Below are positions 47,729 to 58,021 of a stretch of 64,000 nucleotides of DNA, one piece after another. Position numbers and translations under genes: made by a program. Below the pieces are notes generated by a model. It saw only the letters and a program-made list of their open reading frames with translations, ran no database searches and was not told where the DNA came from. Position 1 is the stretch's first letter. Every line of letters starts with the position of its first letter. The DNA comes from Acinetobacter phage Mokit, in the sequence record MW388002.1. One strand, written 5' to 3'.

Positions 47729-50700
47729 ATGTCTGAAGTAAAAACAAGTTTCCGTGCGTCATACGGGTTGGACGCAGCTGGTGAAAAAGTAATCAATGTA
47801 GCAAAGGCTGACAAAACTGTCATGTCTGATGGTGTAAACGTTGAATACCTCATCCAAGAAAACACAACCCAACAATATGACCCTTCTCGTGCATATGAGA
47901 AAGGATTTATTGTAGAATTTAACGGCCGTCTTTGGATGGCCGAACAGAATATTGCTAAACCTGCAGGAACATTCTTTGAAGGTTACTGGAAGCCATTGCG
48001 TACCGACCCTAAATGGTACCCATTTGATTCTGGCAAGTATCAATTAAAGGTTGGTGATTATATTTCTGTTGATACACGTGCAGGTTTAGACGTAGAATTA
48101 ACTTTACCAACATCCCCAGCACCACAAGAAGGCGACACTATTTCCATTAAAGATATTGGCGGCTTGACTGGGTATACTTCTGTTATTGTTATTGCCCCTG
48201 TTGAATCTATTGTTGATAAAGGCGCAAGCATCCCACAAAAACGTATGACTATTCCATTTTCTGAATGGACATTTGTTTATACGAAGAAGCAATGGTCATT
48301 ATTCGACGGTGACGAGGCACCTGTGGCTCGCACAGTTGTACCAGGGGGACCAATTCGTGTTCAATCAGGTGAAACAATTATTCGTAATTATGATCGCCTT
48401 GCGCCTATTGTGTTGACATTCCCAAAATTCGCTAATAATGGCGATATTATCCACTTTGTAGGCATGAATCAAAATTCGGTACCATATTACCACCTAGAAT
48501 TGAACACATTTGATTCTAATACAAGTATAATGTCTCCTGGCGTACACAAAGAGATATTCTATCGTTCACTAAGTGGCTATTTTATTTACAATAGCTCATC
48601 GTCTACTTGGGTACTTTTTGACACAGATACAGTAGATCGACTACGAACTGTTAGTACTGATACTGATTTGTTCCCTAATGAAACTGTCGCAGTAGTCGGT
48701 AAAGATAATGTAACTGCGCAAACAATTAAATTGACTCTGCCTGATAATGTGCAACCTGGTGACCAAATCACTATTGCATTGAATTATATGCGAAAGGCTC
48801 AAACAGTTAATATCGTCCCTAAAGGGTCTGATATGATTTTGACTAATAAAAATCTTACACAGTTCCCTAAGCGTTCGAGTTATCCACCTGATGGCAATTG
48901 GGTCAATACCAACATTTTGTCATATAATGGAAACAGCGATTATCCGCCTGTGATTAAGTTTGCATACATTGATATGGGGCCTATTAAACAGTGGTTAATG
49001 GTCGACTGTATTCCTGCATTAGAACGCGTAGACCCTTCATCAGATGCAACACGTGGAAGATTAGGTGTCATTGCATTAGCTACCCAAGCTCAAGCGAATT
49101 TAGATAAATCTGCTATAACCGAGGCGGCTAAAGAAGTAGCTATTACGCCTGAAACTTTATCAAATAGAACTGCTACCGAGGCTCGCCAAGGTATAGCTAA
49201 AATTTCAACTAGGGCGCAGAACCAACTTAATACTGATGACGCTAATTATAACGATTTTGACATAGTTACTCCTCTCAAGTTGAATCAAAAACAAGCCACT
49301 GAAACTATGCGTGGTCTTGCTGAAATTGCCACTCAAGCTGAAACGAATAGCAACACCGACGACACAAGAATTATTACATCTAAGAAATTGGATGGACGTA
49401 GAGCTAGAACAGATCTTGCAGGCGTAGCTAAACTCGTTGCTGCTGGTGGTGTGGCACCGGTTAAGAATGGTACAAATACTCGAGATACTGTTGGTACTGG
49501 CATCTATGACCATACAGATTATGTTAACATTGTAACGCCAAAAACATTAAGAGAATTTTATTCTACCGAAATGGCTTTAGGTACAGTGTACTTAGCAAAT
49601 TCTGCTGAAGTTATTTCTGGCGCTTCATCAGCAGCGAAGTACCCATTAGCTGTTACTCCAGAAACATTGCACACAAAAACTGCTACAGACGGTAGAATCG
49701 GTTTTACTCAGGTTGCGAATCAAACTGAAGTTAATGCCGGCACCGATTATTTTAAATATGTTACGCCAAAAACATTAAATGATCGTAAAGCTACAGAAGC
49801 TTTGACCGGTATTGCTAAACTTGCAACTCAAGCCGAGTTTAATGCTGGCACTGCAGGACTAATCTCTGGCCCAGATAAAATTAAAGCATATTTGTCTACA
49901 CCTTCACGTACTGCGGTAGTTGCCGCATCTGGTTTGACACAGGCCGGCAACCTTTGGACTACAACAACATTTGATATTGTTGCACCTACTGAAACACAAC
50001 GTGGTACAACACGATTAGCTACTCAAACTGAAGTTAATGCCGGCACTGATGACATCACTGTTGTTACTCCTAAAAAGTTACATGCTAAAAAGGCTACAAC
50101 TGCTGCAGAAGGTATTATTAGAATTGCTAATACTGCAGAGACTATAGCTGGAACTTCTGGCACTACCGCTGTATGTCCAGTAAACTTAAAGCAAGTAATA
50201 CAAGTCGAGACGTCTTGGGAGGCTTCAGCTTCTTTGCGTGGTCCGGTAAAAATCTCTAGCGGTTCGATTACATTTGTAGGAAATGATACTGTTGGATCAA
50301 CAGCAGATATTGAAACTTATGCTAAGTCCGGATATGCGATTTCACCATATGAGTTGAATAAAACTCTTGTGAATTACATGCCATTGAAAGCTAAGGCTGT
50401 AGATTCCGATAAATTAGATGGAATTGACTCTACTCAGTTCATCCGTAGAGATATTAATCAGACTGTTGAAGGAAGTTTAACATTCACTAGTCCTACATTG
50501 TTTAATGATCGTGTTGACATACGTGAAATGTTAGAAGTGGGCAAAACTTCAGGTGAATCACTTAACACAGACAATGGCAAGCTACGTATGGTTTCTGGTG
50601 CTGTAGCTCCTCGAGCTTGGGCATTTGCGATACATGACGGTAATGTTAATGGTGTTGGCTCATCTACACTTAAATTTGGCTATAAGTATCTTAGCGCTCA

Positions 50701-51607
50701 ACCAGGTCCTATTGACATTGTTGCATATGAAATTCATCATTCCGGTGCAATTAAATTCAACAATACTTTAAATGTAGTTGGTGCGACGACAATAAACAAC
50801 ACACTAAATGTTTCAGGTATCGTAAGTACAGACTCTGTCGGATTCCGAATTGCTGGATTTGATGCGTTGACGGCAGTCTCAGGACAAACTAAAGTAGGTA
50901 CTACTACACGTGGTCTAGACTTGATTGCAACTGATGCTGCATTTATCCGAGCTTTGGATTCAGGCACAGTATATACTGTAATGACAACAAAAAATCGTGC
51001 AGGGATTTTAGATCCATTATATGTCAAGAAGTCTGGTGACACTATGACTGGTAGATTAAACGTCAGCCAGCCTATTACTGCTACAATTCCTCAGTCTTTG
51101 GCTACGCCTAATGCTGTACCTAATTCTAACAACTTTGGTACATGGACAATCGATATTACTGATCCTGCAATTTATAATACTATGCGCCCGTATCTTGTAG
51201 GTGTCTATGCCAAAAATGAAGAAACTGGTGCTACACTACCATGGTATGATAAGTATGATGAATTCAACGGACCTGGTACGTTGTCTCAATTTGGATCATC
51301 TGCGTCTAATGGCTCAGGTACATATCAAATTTGGGCGCCACGCCCGCCAGCAGATAAAGCAAATCTTCCTGGACATATTGCAGGAACTATGTGGTCCCGT
51401 CAATGGAATCCTGCAACAAATCATTGGGATGGCTGGGGTAGAATGTTTACAAACAATCATCCGCCGTTACCACAAGATATTGGTGCTATGAGTAACAATG
51501 GTTCGGTCTTTGATTCTATGCGCATCAGAGATTGGATACAAATTGGCAATTTAAGAATCTATGCGAATCCGGAGACAAAAACTGTTCGCTTTGATTGGAT
51601 AGAATAA
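47729..51607 (+). CDS. 34: Long tail fibre proximal subunit.
   Basis: 1292 aa against T4 gp34 at 1289 aa. The N-terminus is colinear with T4 gp34, and internal tail-fibre repeats (ATE..G.AK.ATQ.E...GTD....VTP..L) are present. Confidence 0.9.
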   Translation: MSEVKTSFRASYGLDAAGEKVINVAKADKTVMSDGVNVEYLIQENTTQQYDPSRAYEKGFIVEFNGRLWMAEQNIAKPAGTFFEGYWKPLRTDPKWYPFDSGKYQLKVGDYISVDTRAGLDVELTLPTSPAPQEGDTISIKDIGGLTGYTSVIVIAPVESIVDKGASIPQKRMTIPFSEWTFVYTKKQWSLFDGDEAPVARTVVPGGPIRVQSGETIIRNYDRLAPIVLTFPKFANNGDIIHFVGMNQNSVPYYHLELNTFDSNTSIMSPGVHKEIFYRSLSGYFIYNSSSSTWVLFDTDTVDRLRTVSTDTDLFPNETVAVVGKDNVTAQTIKLTLPDNVQPGDQITIALNYMRKAQTVNIVPKGSDMILTNKNLTQFPKRSSYPPDGNWVNTNILSYNGNSDYPPVIKFAYIDMGPIKQWLMVDCIPALERVDPSSDATRGRLGVIALATQAQANLDKSAITEAAKEVAITPETLSNRTATEARQGIAKISTRAQNQLNTDDANYNDFDIVTPLKLNQKQATETMRGLAEIATQAETNSNTDDTRIITSKKLDGRRARTDLAGVAKLVAAGGVAPVKNGTNTRDTVGTGIYDHTDYVNIVTPKTLREFYSTEMALGTVYLANSAEVISGASSAAKYPLAVTPETLHTKTATDGRIGFTQVANQTEVNAGTDYFKYVTPKTLNDRKATEALTGIAKLATQAEFNAGTAGLISGPDKIKAYLSTPSRTAVVAASGLTQAGNLWTTTTFDIVAPTETQRGTTRLATQTEVNAGTDDITVVTPKKLHAKKATTAAEGIIRIANTAETIAGTSGTTAVCPVNLKQVIQVETSWEASASLRGPVKISSGSITFVGNDTVGSTADIETYAKSGYAISPYELNKTLVNYMPLKAKAVDSDKLDGIDSTQFIRRDINQTVEGSLTFTSPTLFNDRVDIREMLEVGKTSGESLNTDNGKLRMVSGAVAPRAWAFAIHDGNVNGVGSSTLKFGYKYLSAQPGPIDIVAYEIHHSGAIKFNNTLNVVGATTINNTLNVSGIVSTDSVGFRIAGFDALTAVSGQTKVGTTTRGLDLIATDAAFIRALDSGTVYTVMTTKNRAGILDPLYVKKSGDTMTGRLNVSQPITATIPQSLATPNAVPNSNNFGTWTIDITDPAIYNTMRPYLVGVYAKNEETGATLPWYDKYDEFNGPGTLSQFGSSASNGSGTYQIWAPRPPADKANLPGHIAGTMWSRQWNPATNHWDGWGRMFTNNHPPLPQDIGAMSNNGSVFDSMRIRDWIQIGNLRIYANPETKTVRFDWIE

Positions 51608-51616
51608 GGAGATAAT

Positions 51617-52750
51617 ATGGCAACTGCTACCTTTATGGCAGCATTCAGAAAAGACGCAGTAGAATCTGACGTCTTTTCTGAAGCGGATGCGGTCACATAT
51701 AAATTTGAAGTTGGCGGTGCTACTAATTATTCTGGTGCACCATATCTTAAGCGCAATGGGAAAAATATTGAAGGAGTTACTTCGAATGGATTAAATCTTC
51801 GAGGTATGAATAATCCTGAAGACACAGGCGAAGTTAAATCGTTTGAGTTGACAACTACGGACTCCACACTTAACAATACGTTCATACAATATATGAACGC
51901 TACAACTCATAAGATCATCGTAATATTTTCTGGTAGAAATTTAAGATCGTCGCCTGTGATTGATGCTTGGTTTTCTGCTGCAGGCTCAGTTAATTGGCCT
52001 GGGCAATTTCTTTGCAACAACTATTCTGTCGGATATGTAGGCTTTTATAGTCCAGCCTTAAAGAAAATCGTAGGCGAAGTCATGATCTCTACTGATGGAG
52101 TTGACAAAGGCTATGCAAATTATACCACAGTTTACGATACATTTGCAGATATTGGAGCTCTTGGATTTCCTACACGTATAGTGTATGATCAGCAGACATA
52201 TGCCGCAACAACTGGATACGAATACAAACGATTCCCTACTGCTAATACATACAATAAGCTTTCTGATTATGGTCTGAAGGTAGGCTCAGTAGTTATATTA
52301 CAGGCTGACTTGGTTCATTCATCACAGATGCAATCAGCTGGTATGAAAACTCGTATGGACATACGGTGGTTAAAGGGTTCTACGGTGCTTGACGCTTCAG
52401 CAGTACTAGAATCTAATGGTGTAAACTGGGTCAACAAAACAACATATTCAACCGTTCCTGTAGGTGCGGATGGCTTCACTATTGTTGTTTCAAGGTATCC
52501 TAGAAATGATACTCTATCTGGTACTTCTATGGTCAGAAATGTAGTACTTTCTGAGGTTACACGAGATGGAAGCAAACAAAGTACTAACGCTATGATTGGT
52601 GTTAATGGTATTAAAGCCGGTGAATTTGTTGAAAAACAAACTGGCGTACGATTAATGGATATGGATATTAGAGTAAGCGCTCTCACAAATATAGTGCCAG
52701 TAGTAGGAATATATGAAGGAGATTCTAGTGGGCCGCCGCCTGCACCATAA
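51617..52750 (+). CDS. 35: Long tail fibre hinge connector.
   Basis: 377 aa against T4 gp35 at 372 aa, in position. Confidence 0.7.
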   Translation: MATATFMAAFRKDAVESDVFSEADAVTYKFEVGGATNYSGAPYLKRNGKNIEGVTSNGLNLRGMNNPEDTGEVKSFELTTTDSTLNNTFIQYMNATTHKIIVIFSGRNLRSSPVIDAWFSAAGSVNWPGQFLCNNYSVGYVGFYSPALKKIVGEVMISTDGVDKGYANYTTVYDTFADIGALGFPTRIVYDQQTYAATTGYEYKRFPTANTYNKLSDYGLKVGSVVILQADLVHSSQMQSAGMKTRMDIRWLKGSTVLDASAVLESNGVNWVNKTTYSTVPVGADGFTIVVSRYPRNDTLSGTSMVRNVVLSEVTRDGSKQSTNAMIGVNGIKAGEFVEKQTGVRLMDMDIRVSALTNIVPVVGIYEGDSSGPPPAP

Positions 52751-52752
52751 TA

Positions 52753-52775
52753 AAAGGCCCTTTAGGGCCTTTTAG
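52753..52775 (+). terminator. Hairpin terminator after gp35.
   Basis: aaaggccc ttta gggccttt. Confidence 0.5.
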
Positions 52776-52777
52776 CG

Positions 52778-52785
52778 TATAAATA
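52778..52785 (+). promoter_or_regulatory. Late promoter TATAAATA.
   Basis: About 20 nt upstream of the gp36 ATG. Confidence 0.45.
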
Positions 52786-52805
52786 TTAAAATAAGAGGAC
52801 ATACT

Positions 52806-53510
52806 ATGGCAGATTTAAAAGCAGGTACAACGATTGGTGGAACACTCGTTTGGACCCAGGGAAATTTCCCGCTGTATCCAACAGGTGATACACTTCTATA
52901 TAAAACATACAAAGTATATTCAGAAAATGACAAACCACAAGCTATTGACAATGACTTTGTTTCTAAGGCGCAAGGCGGCACATATAACGCACAAGTTGTA
53001 TTTAATCAGAATATTGTTTTGCGTGCAGGTGGCGGCACAACTGGTAACTTGACGTCTATTAATCTCTATGGCGGCATTGCAAATGGCGCTATGCCAACAT
53101 ATGGTTTTTTTGTTGGCAGTACGCTGGACGCGTCATTAGGGCGTCATGGTTCTATTGTTGGTAACTGGGCCGTTTATAATGTTGCTGCTAACGGCGGATG
53201 GATTTTTAGAACACAGTCAAGGAACGTGGCGTCTATTAACACTGATGGTACAGGTACATTCAACGCGGTTAACATTGACTTAAATCCTACTATAGTGTCA
53301 CATGCTACACGCAAAGACTACGTTGACAATTTAATAAATACCGTTACAAATAACGCAAATAATAGAGTTTTACGATCTGGGGATACAATGACAGGTGTAT
53401 TGACTGCACCAAACATTATATCGCAAAATGTTGCTACTGCGCCGGCACAAGTGCCTCAATTAGGACAAGTGGTTCAGCGAGGTATAATTCTAGATTACGG
53501 AACATTTTAA
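52806..53510 (+). CDS. 36: Long tail fibre distal connector (small distal subunit).
   Basis: 234 aa against T4 gp36 at 221 aa. Confidence 0.7.
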   Translation: MADLKAGTTIGGTLVWTQGNFPLYPTGDTLLYKTYKVYSENDKPQAIDNDFVSKAQGGTYNAQVVFNQNIVLRAGGGTTGNLTSINLYGGIANGAMPTYGFFVGSTLDASLGRHGSIVGNWAVYNVAANGGWIFRTQSRNVASINTDGTGTFNAVNIDLNPTIVSHATRKDYVDNLINTVTNNANNRVLRSGDTMTGVLTAPNIISQNVATAPAQVPQLGQVVQRGIILDYGTF

Positions 53511-53522
53511 GGAAATTATCAG

Positions 53523-56500
53523 ATGGCATTAGATCCAAATATTAACAGAATTAAACATCTAAGATCGAGCACTGCCGGTGCAGTGCCTGCACCGTCTTTA
53601 TTGGATGAAGGCGAAATAGCGGTAAACTTAGTTGATCGTACAATATTTTCAAAGAATGGTGCAAATGTAGTAGAACTCGGTTTTGGAAAGGGTGGTACTG
53701 TAACAGGTCCAATCAATGTTACAGGCGGCAATGCAGTATCAGCTTCACAATTCAACGGCGCTCTAAATGGCAATGCTGCAACTGCATCAAGACTCCTTAC
53801 TGGGAGAAAAATTAATGATGTAGTTTTTGATGGTACACGAGATATTACCATTGAAGATTCAACTAAACTTTATAAAGAAAATGTATTAACAGAATCAGGC
53901 GATTCTCGTGTTATCCGTGATGTTGCTACTATTAGAGCGATGGGTACAGTAAATGGTGCACTTATTATCCATTTACCTAAGGCAGCTCGTAATGCATCAA
54001 CAATGATGAAAATTATTGTTCAAGGTTTTGACTATTCTTCTGGGCTCTCTTCTCAAGGACCGTGGAGTGTGAACCTTACAGGATATAATTATTCTGGGCC
54101 AACTTGGCACTCGTATCAAGCTGTGTCTACCGGATCAAAGGCGCCATTTGAACATGTGAGATATGGGCAAGCGGCAGACCACAACGTAATAATTTTAGGT
54201 GGCACAAGCGGGGATGCTAGCATCCCTACATCATCTTGGACATATTACAATATATCAATTGAAAAAATTTATTTAACTGCGGGTAACACTACTCTTTATA
54301 ATAATCCCGCAGATCCGATTTATCTCACTATTGAAGATTCATTGACTCCGTACAGTGTTCAAGTTACACTGCCTCTTGAAGGTGTTAACATGGCAGAGTC
54401 TTTGCGCACAAAACGTACATTCACTTTTACCGGTGATGCTACAGGTTCTTTAGCATTTGATGGCACAGCAAATGTTTCTACCGCGTTAACAATTAATTCT
54501 GCAACTACAGGACAAGCTGGTTTAGTTAAATTAAACAACACATTAACTTCTACGTCTGTCACAGAAGCATTAACTGCTGCTCAAGGTAAAGCACTTCAAG
54601 ACACTAAAGTCAATAGAAGTGGAGATACCATTTCAGGACGTTTAGTCGTTACTCAAGGTATTACTACTCCTAGCATTAGTAATGATGTCACCGTACCAAT
54701 TAGCTTTTTAGGGCCTAGTGTTAATAATTCAAATGCAGGTGGAATACGCGTAAGAAATTTAGAAGTAAATAACCAATATGGCGCAGCGACACGTGCATTT
54801 GGGATTTTTTCTAAAGAAGGTATAATCGCAGGCGATTCCGCATCATATGCTTCTTTAGCAGATATAGGCACTGGCAACAATATCCCATTTAAAGTAAACA
54901 ACACCAATGTTGTTACAACATATGGCTTTGTGCCTTTCCTTGGAGGTAATGTACAGAGCTCATTGGGGTATATGAATGTCGTTTCTATTGGCGTCTATCG
55001 TCCAGATCCCCGATGGGATAATTCAGGGATGTACATGTCTATAGGAGCGAATGACAACTATTCAACAGAAGCTTTCTTGTTCAAAAACGGAAGAACTATT
55101 GAAAACACAAATGGGCCTATTATACTTAAAGGTAATGCAGATTCTGCTACTAAACTCCAAACACCTAGAACTATCAATGGTGTTGCTTTTGATGGAACTA
55201 GTAACATTCGAATACAGCAATTAGCTGAAGGTATTCCAGCTAATGCGGATTTGAATACATACTTAACTGAAGGTTTTTACTACTGCGACACAAACGCAGT
55301 GGCTCAAACGATCAAAAATGGACCTTTTACTGGTGGTGCATTCTGCTTATTGGTAGAAAGAACTGCTGGCGTTAAACAAACATTTACGATCTATAGTCCT
55401 AGTTCTAGTAGAACATGGATCCGTAATATCTACGGCGGTACTACAGGAGCTTGGAGAGAAGTGGCATATACAGATGCACCAACTTTCACAGGAGCTGGAA
55501 GATTTACCGGTGCTTTAACCGTAAATGGAATTACAAACACAACGGGATTAAATAATTCTGGCGATTTGAGAAGTTCCGGATCTAGTTATTTAGGTAATCA
55601 AACAGAATTAGGTACAATTGGTACTGCATCTCAAGTGTATATTGATTTCCATTCAGGCGCTAGTAATATAGATTATGATGCAAGAATTATGTCTTCTGGC
55701 GGAACTACTGCTATAGGAAATGGAGCATTGTCATATATTGCTGCTTCTCATACATTTAATGGCTCAATAGGCGCAGGAACTATTTCTGCTGCTAGTATTA
55801 GTGTATCTACTGGATTAGGTATTGCTAATACTTCTAATACAGTTTTAGCGGGTTTAAGTTTATATGGTGGCGCTCAATCTGGTAAACCAAATTACGGCAT
55901 TACTTTCGCTGGTACCGGTAATGCAGGAACTGGTAAACATGGTGATCTAGACAATGCGTCATGGGCAGTATATTTAACTTGTGCCACTGCCGGTGCCGAA
56001 AAACGTGGTTGGATTTTCCAACGAAGTGACAACAACACAAATGTAGCATCTATTTCTACTAATGGTGTGTTATCGACAAACGGCAATATCCAAACATTAA
56101 ACGACAATACAATGATTAATGTCGGCAATGATAAAGATCTTGCGCTTGTCAAGAAAAGGGGTTCTAAAGGATTTATCGGCGTCGGGGCAGATACTCCATT
56201 TAGTGTATCTAAATCTAATGCAAATTGGGTTGATCCAACACATACATTTACAGAATTGTTTACAGTAAGTTCTGCAGGTGTCGCTAATGCAGTTGGAGGA
56301 TTCACCGGTACGTTCAGTGGTACATTCAACGGTACTATTAGCGGAACACTTACTGGTTCGCTCAATGGTAATGCATCTACTGCAACTACACTACAAACTG
56401 CTCGAGCAATTGGTATCACTGGTTCTGGTGCATCAGGTTCTGTGAGTTTTGATGGATCAGGTAATGTTAATATTCCTTTAAGCGTTGCTACACAGGCTAC

Positions 56501-57410
56501 TGCAACCAACAACACAACAATTGCTACTACTGCATTTGTTCAAAATGTTAACGTTGCTGAGACTGGTGCTGCAGCTTATGCACTGAGACTCAAAACTCCT
56601 AGAACTTTCCAAGTTACTGGTGGCATAACTACAAATGCGGTTGCATTTGACGGGCAACAAAACGTTACATTGACTGCAAACGCAGTTGATGGTTCTAAAG
56701 TATCAGGTGTGGTTCCTGAGGCGGTTAAAGCTCAGACTGTTATGGTAAATGGACAACCAGGTGCAAGACTTGCGGCTATGTGGTCTGGTACTACTTGGAA
56801 TAGAAATTTCACCCGTGATGCGGTCTATTCATCAGCATCTTCAATAACTATTGAGATAGGTGATAGCGGTGATGGAGCAAATGACGATAGAATGAATAAC
56901 ATTAAAGTTGGAAGTTTATTGCATCTTATATTTGCGGTTTCTACGGGAGGTATTTGGTCTGGGCAGTTATCTACAGGAACAATTACCGCTGTATCGATAA
57001 ATAGAAGCACCAAATCTATTATTTTAACAGTTAATATTCCACATAATATAAGCCCAGGAAGTAAAACATCTGCTCGTATTCTTGGTATAACTTATAGCTC
57101 TATTGGATGTAAATATGTTGGATGCGTTACATTATTTGCTAAAGGTGATATAGGCGGTTCAGAATTCTCTCAAGTGTTGCAATTAGATGCTCCGGTAAAT
57201 AATGCAGTTATGACAACTAGTGTCTCCGGAGATGTTTCGAGATATCATAATTTATTTCCATATGGGGCCTTTCTTTCACATCGAAATGCGGTATCTATGT
57301 CAGCGACAATGGTTAATAATACTATGGCTAATTTTATCTGTACAGATAATGATAATGACGTACCTGCATCAGTAGGTATGGCAAATATACAAATCTGGGA
57401 TGTCGTATAA
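53523..57410 (+). CDS. 37: Long tail fibre distal subunit, the receptor-recognising subunit.
   Basis: 1295 aa. Repeated G-N-A-x-T-A..L...R.I.G..FDG..N motifs typical of gp37/gp12. Confidence 0.85.
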   Translation: MALDPNINRIKHLRSSTAGAVPAPSLLDEGEIAVNLVDRTIFSKNGANVVELGFGKGGTVTGPINVTGGNAVSASQFNGALNGNAATASRLLTGRKINDVVFDGTRDITIEDSTKLYKENVLTESGDSRVIRDVATIRAMGTVNGALIIHLPKAARNASTMMKIIVQGFDYSSGLSSQGPWSVNLTGYNYSGPTWHSYQAVSTGSKAPFEHVRYGQAADHNVIILGGTSGDASIPTSSWTYYNISIEKIYLTAGNTTLYNNPADPIYLTIEDSLTPYSVQVTLPLEGVNMAESLRTKRTFTFTGDATGSLAFDGTANVSTALTINSATTGQAGLVKLNNTLTSTSVTEALTAAQGKALQDTKVNRSGDTISGRLVVTQGITTPSISNDVTVPISFLGPSVNNSNAGGIRVRNLEVNNQYGAATRAFGIFSKEGIIAGDSASYASLADIGTGNNIPFKVNNTNVVTTYGFVPFLGGNVQSSLGYMNVVSIGVYRPDPRWDNSGMYMSIGANDNYSTEAFLFKNGRTIENTNGPIILKGNADSATKLQTPRTINGVAFDGTSNIRIQQLAEGIPANADLNTYLTEGFYYCDTNAVAQTIKNGPFTGGAFCLLVERTAGVKQTFTIYSPSSSRTWIRNIYGGTTGAWREVAYTDAPTFTGAGRFTGALTVNGITNTTGLNNSGDLRSSGSSYLGNQTELGTIGTASQVYIDFHSGASNIDYDARIMSSGGTTAIGNGALSYIAASHTFNGSIGAGTISAASISVSTGLGIANTSNTVLAGLSLYGGAQSGKPNYGITFAGTGNAGTGKHGDLDNASWAVYLTCATAGAEKRGWIFQRSDNNTNVASISTNGVLSTNGNIQTLNDNTMINVGNDKDLALVKKRGSKGFIGVGADTPFSVSKSNANWVDPTHTFTELFTVSSAGVANAVGGFTGTFSGTFNGTISGTLTGSLNGNASTATTLQTARAIGITGSGASGSVSFDGSGNVNIPLSVATQATATNNTTIATTAFVQNVNVAETGAAAYALRLKTPRTFQVTGGITTNAVAFDGQQNVTLTANAVDGSKVSGVVPEAVKAQTVMVNGQPGARLAAMWSGTTWNRNFTRDAVYSSASSITIEIGDSGDGANDDRMNNIKVGSLLHLIFAVSTGGIWSGQLSTGTITAVSINRSTKSIILTVNIPHNISPGSKTSARILGITYSSIGCKYVGCVTLFAKGDIGGSEFSQVLQLDAPVNNAVMTTSVSGDVSRYHNLFPYGAFLSHRNAVSMSATMVNNTMANFICTDNDNDVPASVGMANIQIWDVV

Positions 57411-57420
57411 TTTAAATAAT

Positions 57421-57455
57421 AGAATGGGAGCCTTAAGGCTCCCATTTTTATTTTT
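57421..57455. terminator. Bidirectional terminator shared by gp37 and the convergent ORF.
   Basis: aatgggagcc ttaa ggctcccatt followed by a T-run. Confidence 0.6.
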
Positions 57456-57960
57456 CTACATCCGTCATTTTTAATAATGACGCACCGAATTTTGCTATAG
57501 CGTAAGAGTCATCTAACACCATTTGCGAATTTTCAAGTTTGTATTGTGGCAAAAGTATATCGTCATATTCCTCTTTGGTATATAGGTGCTTACTACTATT
57601 TTCGTTTTCGCTATAGTAAAATGGAAAACTTGTTGGCGCAGGCTCATTTTGCCATCTATCAAATGTGAATCCTAATGATTCATAAGTATTCTTTTCTTCC
57701 ATGTTATTTACTGTAAATTTGAACTTATCTAAAACTCTATTTGGGCGCCAAGAGGTTTCCTTTAACTCGGATGCCGGAACTTCTATGGGTGAGCCAAAAT
57801 ATCTATATGATGGGTACATATTACGATCATCTATAATTCGATATATTAAGACTTTGCCTGTAGTTACATTTTTAAATGCTACAATACATGTATAATCTTG
57901 CCCTTTATAGTTGTCGCCCCATTGAACAACTTCACCTACTTTAACATCTTCAAATTTCAT
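57448..57960 (-). CDS. Hypothetical protein, convergent to gp37, in the location where T4 has gp38.
   Basis: A 170-aa ORF with its own putative late promoter. The sequence was not recognised. Confidence 0.45.
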   Translation of the reverse strand: MKFEDVKVGEVVQWGDNYKGQDYTCIVAFKNVTTGKVLIYRIIDDRNMYPSYRYFGSPIEVPASELKETSWRPNRVLDKFKFTVNNMEEKNTYESLGFTFDRWQNEPAPTSFPFYYSENENSSKHLYTKEEYDDILLPQYKLENSQMVLDDSYAIAKFGASLLKMTDVEK

Positions 57961-57982
57961 ATGATTCTCCTTTAAATCATAC

Positions 57983-57994
57983 TATTTATAAATA
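57983..57994. promoter_or_regulatory. Palindromic TATTTATAAATA, possibly a bidirectional late promoter for holin t on the plus strand and the 57448..57960 ORF on the minus strand.
   Basis: About 27 nt from the t ATG and about 23 nt from the minus-strand ORF start. Confidence 0.5.
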
Positions 57995-58021
57995 TCTCTA
58001 TTAAATCATAAATGGCTAACT

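Noticed and set aside
49100-50200. Repetitive segments in gp34 that could be mistaken for a repeat array or CRISPR-like periodicity.
   Set aside because: They are the known in-frame tail-fibre peptide repeats, are imperfect at the DNA level, and have no spacer/repeat architecture.
55892-56515. 207-aa antisense ORF. Similar antisense ORFs include 7531..7923, 52315..52686, 53519..53851, 2412..2807, 4253..4528, 4925..5152 and 48104..49513.
   Set aside because: These are antisense to well-supported structural genes (gp37, gp24, gp35, gp20, gp21, gp22, gp34). Their Ser/Thr/Ala-rich composition mirrors the sense-strand codons. They are shadow ORFs.
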